Assembly (NCBI GenBank): GCA_004297335.1
Contig: SCUD01000069.1
Coordinates: 39,611-103,610 of the forward strand
From: Gammaproteobacteria bacterium
GTDB taxonomy: Bacteria; Pseudomonadota; Gammaproteobacteria; Steroidobacterales; Steroidobacteraceae
Length of the DNA stretch: 64,000 nt
Direction: 5' to 3'
Position 1 is the first letter of the stretch, and each line of letters begins with the position of its first letter. The notes beneath the pieces are model-generated. The model saw only the letters and a program-made list of their open reading frames with translations, did not search any database and had not been told where the DNA came from. A program made the position numbers and the translations under genes. Below are positions 52,423-59,295 of the stretch, one piece after another.

Positions 52423-54563
52423 GCGAGCACCCCCGCACTGCCAAGCGCGGCGACCTGCTCCACACTCAGTCCGGCGACATCGCGCAGTATTTCGAGCGTG
52501 TGTTCGCCGAGCCCTGGCGCCCGGTACGGCGCGGGTCGGTCCAGGGACAGGCTGAGCGGCGTACGCACATGGCCGAACTCGCCCAGTTGCGCGTGCGGCA
52601 GACGCACCAGCGCGCCGCGCGCCGCCAGCCCGGGATCGCGCTCGAGCAAGTCCTCGATGTCCTGCACCACCGCAGCGGCGATGCCAGCTTCCTGCAGGAT
52701 ATTCATCAGCCGGGCATCCTCATGTCCTTGCGTCCAGGCACTGATGTCCGTGCCACCGGCGAGTTCGCAGAGTCGTCGCCATTGGTCCTCCGTCCGCGCG
52801 CTGATCGCGATCCAGCGGTCGGCGCCGGCAGCTGGCAATACCTCCTGGAACCGGAACTGCGGATCGGCATTACCCATGCGCTGCAGCCGCTGGCCAGCCT
52901 GTGCGGCCAGGATCGCCGGCAGCATCTGCTGCACGCAGACTTCGTACATGGCCACGTCGATGTACGCGCCGCGACCGGTCTGCCGTCGCTGTTCGAGCGC
53001 AGCGGCCACGCAGGCAGCCATCACGAAGGGCACGATCACATCGCCGTACGGGACTGCGCCGGGGATCACCGGATCGCGATCCGGCCAGCCGGTCATCCAG
53101 GTCCGCCCCGACAATGCGCCGCCCGTGCCATCGACGCCCCACTCCGCGGCGAGCGGCCCGTCCTGGCCATACACGCTGCCCGAGACCATCACGACACCCG
53201 GGTTGCGCGCGGCGATCTGCTCGTAGTCGAGACCCAGTTTCGCCATCGTTCCCGGGGAGAAGTTCTCGACGACGACATCCGCCTGGTCGAGCAGCGGCAG
53301 GATCGCTGCGCGGGCCTCAGGTCGCTTCAGGTCCAGGGCCAGGCTGCGCTTCGAGGTGTTCAGATGCGCGAACCAGGGCTTGTCGTCGAAGGATCCGGCC
53401 TGGGATGCACTGACCTGGACATCGATGCGCGACAGGCAGGGACGCGAACGGCTCTCGACCTTGATGACGTCTGCACCCAGGTCGCCGAGGGTCTTGGTCG
53501 TGATCGAACCGACCAGCGCCCAGGAGAAATCGAGCACCCGGATGCCGGCGAGTGGTCCAGGCCGGGTCGCATCACGCGCAGCCGGCGCGACCTTCGAGGC
53601 TCCCGTACGGAGGCGTGCGAAGCGCGCCGGGTGCCGTGACCCACGCTCCTCCTGCCAGAATCCGCGCGCCTCGAGATGCCGGTCGGCGAGCACGTCTGCC
53701 GGTTCCGCGACGACGCAGGCGTTGATCCCGCGCCGGCGGCCCTCGCCGGCGATATCGGCCCGGCTGCGCGTCATGAAGAAGGCCGCCAGCGCCGCTTCCC
53801 ATGCGGCCCTCGTTGCCGCCGGCAGCGTGGAGCGGTTGTAGCGCAGCCAGTCGATACCGGCGAGCGGATTCGGCAGCCCCGCCTCGTCGATCCAGTCCGC
53901 CAGCGCCTGGTTCGCCGGCGCGCCGAAGCGCCCGCTCATCAGCGAATGGAAGCACCAGCCATCCGCCAGCCGCCAGATGCAACGGACGATCGCCTGGCCG
54001 TAGTTCAGGGCGGACCCGACCCGGTGCAGCTTGCGCCGATCGAACTGCCAGACCAGGATGCCGTTGACGTTGCGGTTGAACGCCACCTCCTGGATCGACA
54101 CGTCGACGTGCTGGCCGGAGCCGTGGCGCCCGCGCGCATGGTGCGCGGCCATCGCCCCGGCGGCCGCCACCATCTCGGCATGAAAGCCACAGGCATCGAG
54201 TGCTTCGCGGACCGGCGCGCGATCGGGCTCGCCGGTCAGTCGCAGGGTTCCGCCCATCGCCGAGGCGACCAGTTCGCTGCCCTGCCAGCCGGCGCGCGGG
54301 CCGCCGCTGCCGAACGGCGTGACCGACGCATGGATGATCCGCGGATTCACGGCCTCGAGGTGCGGCCGGGACCATCCGCGCGCTGCCAGTGCATCGAGGC
54401 CGAGGTCTTCGATCAGGAACGAAGCGCCGGCAAGAGCGGGAGACAGGCCGGCCTCACAGGCATGCGCAGTCACCTCGGCCCCGAGCGACTCGAGGAACCG
54501 CGCCAGCGGCCGCTCCGCCATCGTGCCCAGGGCGATCACGCCATGTCCGGCCAGCGGTTTCAT
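52419..54563 (-). CDS. tandem (two-domain) family III CoA-transferase fusion
   Basis: 714 aa. The second half starts with the canonical LAGIRVLDFSWALVGSITTKTLGDLGADVIKVE. The first half is a more divergent CaiB-like repeat (GVIALGTMAERPLARFLESLGAEV...VTPFGSGGP). Confidence 0.75.
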   Translation of the reverse strand: MKPLAGHGVIALGTMAERPLARFLESLGAEVTAHACEAGLSPALAGASFLIEDLGLDALAARGWSRPHLEAVNPRIIHASVTPFGSGGPRAGWQGSELVASAMGGTLRLTGEPDRAPVREALDACGFHAEMVAAAGAMAAHHARGRHGSGQHVDVSIQEVAFNRNVNGILVWQFDRRKLHRVGSALNYGQAIVRCIWRLADGWCFHSLMSGRFGAPANQALADWIDEAGLPNPLAGIDWLRYNRSTLPAATRAAWEAALAAFFMTRSRADIAGEGRRRGINACVVAEPADVLADRHLEARGFWQEERGSRHPARFARLRTGASKVAPAARDATRPGPLAGIRVLDFSWALVGSITTKTLGDLGADVIKVESRSRPCLSRIDVQVSASQAGSFDDKPWFAHLNTSKRSLALDLKRPEARAAILPLLDQADVVVENFSPGTMAKLGLDYEQIAARNPGVVMVSGSVYGQDGPLAAEWGVDGTGGALSGRTWMTGWPDRDPVIPGAVPYGDVIVPFVMAACVAAALEQRRQTGRGAYIDVAMYEVCVQQMLPAILAAQAGQRLQRMGNADPQFRFQEVLPAAGADRWIAISARTEDQWRRLCELAGGTDISAWTQGHEDARLMNILQEAGIAAAVVQDIEDLLERDPGLAARGALVRLPHAQLGEFGHVRTPLSLSLDRPAPYRAPGLGEHTLEILRDVAGLSVEQVAALGSAGVLA

Positions 54564-55609
54564 CGCTCCAGGCTCCCCAACCAGGCGCCGATCTCATCGG
54601 CAGCACCATCCGCCGCATCCCAGCGACGACGGGTCATCACCAGGCAGCTGAGTCCGGCGGCCCCGAGCGCTGCACGCTGTGCCGGGACATGCCAGGCGGG
54701 CGCCTCGTCCTCCTCGATGAGCCACAGGATCACGGCATCCGCCCGGATCCGCCGGGCCTCGGCCGTGAGTGCCGTGGCACGATCCACGAAGGCCCGGGAA
54801 CCGACCGTGCTGCTCCAGGCATGCCGGCCGATCGCTGCGGCGGGATCGTCAACGGCATCCGCGATCTCAGGACCCAGGCGTAGCAGCGAAAGGTCCCCGG
54901 CCTCGCCCATCACTGACCAGCCGGCTGCCTCGACGGCACGATGCAGGCGATCGTCCGGTGGCATTGAACCGGCCAGCAACACCCGCCCGCGCGCCGGCGT
55001 AGCCTGCGTCGGTGGCGCGACAGCAGCCTCCGGCAGCGGCGCAAACAGGCTCGCCCGTGCGACGCGCTCGTAGTGGCTGCCCGGTGCCTGGCGTGATGCA
55101 TCCAGCGTCGCAAACCAGCGGCGCCGCTGGTTGGCCAGCCCGATGCCCCGCCGCAAGGCAGCGTCGTCGATGCCGAGACGGGCGGCCAACCTGCGCACGG
55201 CGGCGATGGTGTGCGCGAGGCTGGTCGCGCGCGGGATCCTGGCGAGATCGAAGACCAGCGGCTCCGGCCCGCCAATCTGTCCTTGCCGCTGCAGCTCGCA
55301 GACGTAGTAGTACAGGCGCTGGGCACTGTCGTCGCCGCGCGAGAAGATCACGCACTCCAGGAAATCGAAGCGTCCGTTCGCCCAGTCCTCCAGCACGCAC
55401 CGGGTCCACGGCGCGAAGCTCGATTCGAGCCAGCGATCGGCCGTGGGGGTTGGACGATCCGCATCCCACGGCAGGTGGCAGACCAGGCGACCGGAGGCCA
55501 TCAGCAGGTCCTCCGGAATATCGAGGCCGGCATAGCCGATGGCCGGGCCAGCGGCCCGGGCCCGGGCCAGCGGATCAGCGAGAATCGAGGCAACAGGGTC
55601 GTCAGTCAC
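54560..55609 (-). CDS. divergent 2-hydroxyacyl-CoA dehydratase-family subunit (partner candidate)
   Basis: The layout resembles HgdA/B-BcrB/C proteins (IGYAGLDIPEDLLMASG, FLECVIFSRGDD, C-terminal AVILWL...). It is weaker than the other members. The GTG at 55609 has a GGGAG RBS and lies 2 nt after the dctM stop. The ATG at 55639 is an alternative. Confidence 0.5.
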   Translation of the reverse strand: MTDDPVASILADPLARARAAGPAIGYAGLDIPEDLLMASGRLVCHLPWDADRPTPTADRWLESSFAPWTRCVLEDWANGRFDFLECVIFSRGDDSAQRLYYYVCELQRQGQIGGPEPLVFDLARIPRATSLAHTIAAVRRLAARLGIDDAALRRGIGLANQRRRWFATLDASRQAPGSHYERVARASLFAPLPEAAVAPPTQATPARGRVLLAGSMPPDDRLHRAVEAAGWSVMGEAGDLSLLRLGPEIADAVDDPAAAIGRHAWSSTVGSRAFVDRATALTAEARRIRADAVILWLIEEDEAPAWHVPAQRAALGAAGLSCLVMTRRRWDAADGAADEIGAWLGSLER

Positions 55610-55611
55610 GT

Positions 55612-56919
55612 TCAGCTCCCCAGCCAGGCCGGCAGCCACAGCGCCAGCGCCGGAAACAGGATCAACAGCAGCAGATGGATGAGATCGGCACCCAGGAAAG
55701 GCAGCACACCACGAAAAATCTGCGCCAGTGGTACGTCACGGGCGATCCCCTGGATGACGTAGAGATTCATGCCCACCGGCGGATGGATGAAGCCGATTTC
55801 CATCGCCCGCACGAGGAAGATGCCAAACCAGATCGGTGACAGGCCAAGTCCCTGGATGATCGGCAGCAGGATCGGCGTGGTCAGCAGCATCAGGGCCAGG
55901 CCGTCGAGAACCGATCCCAGCAGCAGCAGCAACAAGGCGATCAGCAGGACTGTGACCAGCGGCGAGGCACCCAGTCCTCCGATCAGTGCGCCGGCGGCCG
56001 CGGGTAGTCCGGTCACGGCGATGAACACCGAGAACAGCAGTGCGCCGATGACCACCACATAGATCAGTCCACTGGTGCGCAGGGTGTCCTCGAAGGCCGC
56101 CTGCAGTGTCGCCAGGCTCAAGCGGCCGCGCCAGGCTGCAATCAGGAGCGCGCCGCCCGCGCCCACGGCGGCCGCCTCGGTTGGCGTGAACCAGCCGAGC
56201 GCAATGCCGCTGATGACGCCCAGCATCAGCAGGAGCACATCACCGACGCGGCCGAGCGCAGCCCAGCGCTCGGCCCAGCTGGCGCGTTCCGTCTGCGGTG
56301 CGATCTGCGGGCGCAACCGCACGAGGATCCAGATCGTGATGAAATAGCCGAGCATCTGCGTCAGCCCGGGCACGATGGCCGCGGTGAACAGCCGGCCGAT
56401 GGACTGCTCGGCGACGATGCCGAAGACGATCAGCGCGCCAGAGGGCGGAATCATCTGACCGAGCGTGCCCCCGGCTGCCACGGCCCCGGTCGCCAGCGCA
56501 TCCGAGTAGCCGCGCCGCCGCATTTCCGGCAGCGCCACCATGCCGATGGTCGCCGCGGTCGCCAGGCTCGAACCGTTGATCGCACCAAAGGCCGCGCAGC
56601 CACCGATCGACGAGAGCGCCAGCCCGCCGCGCCGGTGGCCGAGCCAGCGCGCCGCGGCATCGAACAGGTCGCGGCTGGCATTGGCGGAGAAACACAGGTG
56701 CGCCATCAGCAGGAACAGTGGCAGGGTGCCGAGTTCATACCGGATCAGGGTATCGAACAGCACAACACCCGACTTGATCAGCGCCGGCTCGAGGCCGATG
56801 ACGAGTGCGAGACCGCCGCAGCCGACCAGACCCAGGGCCACGCCCACCGGCATGCCGAGCAGCAGCAGCACCAGCAGCAGCAGCACACCGAGCAGACCGG
56901 TCGCCGGCGACGCTATCAC
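55612..56919 (-). CDS. dctM: TRAP transporter large permease (DctM)
   Basis: Polytopic protein with DctM-like motifs (LLLLGMPVGVALG, LPLFLLMAH, INGSSLATAATIG). The GTG at 56919 overlaps the dctQ stop (GTGA). Confidence 0.85.
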   Translation of the reverse strand: MIASPATGLLGVLLLLVLLLLGMPVGVALGLVGCGGLALVIGLEPALIKSGVVLFDTLIRYELGTLPLFLLMAHLCFSANASRDLFDAAARWLGHRRGGLALSSIGGCAAFGAINGSSLATAATIGMVALPEMRRRGYSDALATGAVAAGGTLGQMIPPSGALIVFGIVAEQSIGRLFTAAIVPGLTQMLGYFITIWILVRLRPQIAPQTERASWAERWAALGRVGDVLLLMLGVISGIALGWFTPTEAAAVGAGGALLIAAWRGRLSLATLQAAFEDTLRTSGLIYVVVIGALLFSVFIAVTGLPAAAGALIGGLGASPLVTVLLIALLLLLLGSVLDGLALMLLTTPILLPIIQGLGLSPIWFGIFLVRAMEIGFIHPPVGMNLYVIQGIARDVPLAQIFRGVLPFLGADLIHLLLLILFPALALWLPAWLGS

Positions 56920-57359
56920 CGGTGCCGCTCCCGGAATGCCAGCCGCAGAAACAGCAGCGCCGTACCGAGCACCGCACCGATCGCGAGGATCCGCAGCGGT
57001 CGGTAACCGATGCGCAGCAGTTCGGTTTCCTCGTGGCCGGACCACAGCTCACTGGCGATCCAGATGCTGCCTGCGGCCAGGGCGCAGAAGAACAGCACGG
57101 CACCGCCGTAATTCACGCGCTGCAGCCAGGCCCGGGCCCGCGGTCCCACCCGGTCGAGCAGCAGGTGCACCATCGCGTGCCGCCCCGCGATCGTCGCCAG
57201 CACAATCGAGGTCGATGCCGACACCAGCACCGCGGCCTGGACCAGCTCGATCGAACCGAGAAGCGGAACTCCGATGTAACGGCCCAGGACGGCGGCGAGC
57301 TCGGTGCCCGTCGCGACCAGCAGTGCCCCGCCGCCCAGCATCGTCAGCAGGCGCTGCAT
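56916..57359 (-). CDS. dctQ: TRAP transporter small permease (DctQ)
   Basis: 147 aa, four hydrophobic segments, positioned directly before dctM. Confidence 0.7.
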   Translation of the reverse strand: MQRLLTMLGGGALLVATGTELAAVLGRYIGVPLLGSIELVQAAVLVSASTSIVLATIAGRHAMVHLLLDRVGPRARAWLQRVNYGGAVLFFCALAAGSIWIASELWSGHEETELLRIGYRPLRILAIGAVLGTALLFLRLAFRERHR

Positions 57360-58507
57360 GAAACCCCCACCATATCCGCACGCGGCTCGAACTGGAGAGC
57401 CGGCAGGCCCGCCGCGAGCGTGATCCGGGCCACATAGTCGCAGACCTGGGCGGCGCGCCCTGCACCGGCCAGCACCGGCTGCCCGGGCGGCTCCACGAAC
57501 ACCGGCACGAAACCGGACTCGATGCGACCATCCGGGTGCCAGAGCAGGCGACCGAGCATCGAGTGCACCGCCTCGGGATGAAACGGCGCGAGTTCATAGG
57601 CCGGATCGGGTTCGAATCCGAACAGTTCGCGGCGCCGCCGCGACCACTCCGCGCGGGCCGGATGGTCCTGGTTGCTGCTGAAGGCGCGGGTCACGACACA
57701 GCCGTTGCCGAGCCCATGGTAAATCGGGCGCCCGCGGTGGAACTCGATGCCGCGGAGGATATGCGCGTGATGGCTGATCACCACATCCGCCCCGGCATCG
57801 ATCGCGGCCTGCGCCAGCGGTCGCTCGTAAGTGGCCAGTCGCGCCGGCGTGTGCACGATGCCCTTGTGCAACGCGACGATCACCAGCTCGGCCTTGGCCC
57901 GGACCGCGGCTATGTCGGAGTGCAGCATTCCGACCGCCGCGGCGGCGGGCACGGTCAGTGGCGCCAGTGGCCGCACCGGGCTGCCATCCCCGGTGAGAAT
58001 CGGCAGATATGCGCAGCCCGGTTGCCCAGCCGTCGCCCACGCGGCCTCGGGACCTACGCAGTTGTAGCTCAGCACGGCAACTCGACGGTCACCACAGTGT
58101 GTCATCGCAGCGGCACGAGCTGCAGTCAGGTTGGCCCCGGCACCGGCATGCCCGATACCCAGCCGATCGAGACGATCGATCGTCTGCCGGATCCCCTCGG
58201 CGCCGCAGTCCGCAATGTGGTTTCCCGCCAGCGTCAGCACCCGGAACCCGGCGCGCGCCGCCGCATCGAGATTCTCCGGATCGGCCCCCGGAGCCGGGAC
58301 GTCGCCGACCAGCTCGTCCCCTCCATGGCAATGCGGGACTTCCAGGTGACCGATCGCGAGGTCGGCACCATGGATCGCCGGGGCGATGCCACTCAGCCAG
58401 TAGTCGGCATCCGCCACGTCGAGCACGAGGTCGCCACTGAACAGAATGCTGGCGGCACCCGCTCCGGCGTTATCCCGACCCGGATTGTTGACAGAATGGT
58501 TGATCAT
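57344..58507 (-). CDS. CapA/PgsA-like metallophosphatase-fold protein
   Basis: ILFSGDLVLD, GHLE, LAGNHIADCG, ISHHAH and the YHGLGN context match the PGA_cap family. The ATG at 58507 is the first in-frame start after the divergent regulator region. Confidence 0.7.
   Translation of the reverse strand: MINHSVNNPGRDNAGAGAASILFSGDLVLDVADADYWLSGIAPAIHGADLAIGHLEVPHCHGGDELVGDVPAPGADPENLDAAARAGFRVLTLAGNHIADCGAEGIRQTIDRLDRLGIGHAGAGANLTAARAAAMTHCGDRRVAVLSYNCVGPEAAWATAGQPGCAYLPILTGDGSPVRPLAPLTVPAAAAVGMLHSDIAAVRAKAELVIVALHKGIVHTPARLATYERPLAQAAIDAGADVVISHHAHILRGIEFHRGRPIYHGLGNGCVVTRAFSSNQDHPARAEWSRRRRELFGFEPDPAYELAPFHPEAVHSMLGRLLWHPDGRIESGFVPVFVEPPGQPVLAGAGRAAQVCDYVARITLAAGLPALQFEPRADMVGVSCSAC
58484..58496. 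promoter_or_regulatory. ATTGTTGACAGAA motif copy 1 (candidate GntR operator and/or -35 element)
   Basis: It lies in the divergent capA / gntR start region, 28 nt upstream of the GTG at 58524. It shares ATTGTTGACA with the copies at 62035 and 63867. Confidence 0.4.
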
Positions 58508-58523
58508 ACGCGACAGTGGCTCA

Positions 58524-59246
58524 GTGAAAGTCCAGGCCAACACCAAGAAGAAATCCGCGACTCCGCGACCTGGCAGCCCCGGACACCGGATCCGTCGCGG
58601 GCCAGCGGTACGGACCCCGGCCGTCATTGACTGGATCCGGGAGAAAATCCGCGTCGGCCGGCTGGTACCCGGCCAACGCCTCGTCGAAGCCGATATTACT
58701 GCTGCAACCGGCGCCAGCCGCAGCCGGGTTCGCGAGGCCCTGCAGCGACTCGAGACCGAGGGGCTGGTCGAGATCGAGGAGTTTCGCGGTGCCTCCGTCA
58801 AGCGCTACAGCTGGGACGAGGTTCGCCAGATCTACCTGGCACGCATGGCGCTCGAGGGCCTGGCTGCCGGCGAATTCGCTGCCGCAGGAGCCGCGGCAGC
58901 CAAGCACCGGCTGGTGGAAATCCAGGAAGAACTGAACCAGTGGGAGCATACCGGTAATCACGAACGCTTCGCGCGCCTCAATGCTGCCTGGCACGATCTC
59001 ATCATCGACAGCGCGGGCAACGAATACGTCCGCCAGTTCCTTACCCGCCTCACCGTGCCGATCTATCGTTTCCTGTTTGCCACGATGTACAGCACGCAGC
59101 GCATCGACTCCGCGAACGCCGATCATCGGCGCATCACCTCGGCCATCGTCGCCGGTGATGCCGCGTCCGCCGAACAGGAAATGCGCGCACACATCCGGCA
59201 TGGGCTCGAAGCCCTCGGCGAGGTCGACGCCGGATTCCACAGCTGA
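58524..59246 (+). CDS. GntR family (FadR/FCD subfamily) transcriptional regulator
   Basis: Winged helix (RLVPGQRLVEADITAATGASRSRVREALQRLETEGLVE) plus an FCD-like helical C-domain. The start is uncertain. I chose the GTG at 58524 because the ATG at 58446 would overlap the divergent capA start. Confidence 0.75.
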   Translation: MKVQANTKKKSATPRPGSPGHRIRRGPAVRTPAVIDWIREKIRVGRLVPGQRLVEADITAATGASRSRVREALQRLETEGLVEIEEFRGASVKRYSWDEVRQIYLARMALEGLAAGEFAAAGAAAAKHRLVEIQEELNQWEHTGNHERFARLNAAWHDLIIDSAGNEYVRQFLTRLTVPIYRFLFATMYSTQRIDSANADHRRITSAIVAGDAASAEQEMRAHIRHGLEALGEVDAGFHS

Positions 59247-59248
59247 CA

Positions 59249-59277
59249 GCCGGACGAGGCGCACTGCCTCGTCCGGC
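59249..59277. terminator. GC-rich hairpin between the convergent gntR and TonB-receptor genes (12-bp stem GCCGGACGAGGC, 5-nt loop)
   Basis: Perfect stem read directly from the sequence. There is no U-tract on either side, so intrinsic-terminator function is uncertain. Confidence 0.45.
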
Positions 59278-59295
59278 CATCGGTTCCCGGACACC

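Noticed and set aside
51140-52465. N-terminal 442 codons of the 786-aa ORF 50105-52465
   Set aside because: This part overlaps, in another frame, the well-supported dehydratase-family gene 51136-52422 and looks like low-complexity sequence. Only the part from the lipoprotein signal MRRLAPLLLCALAGC (start 51139) is taken as dctP.
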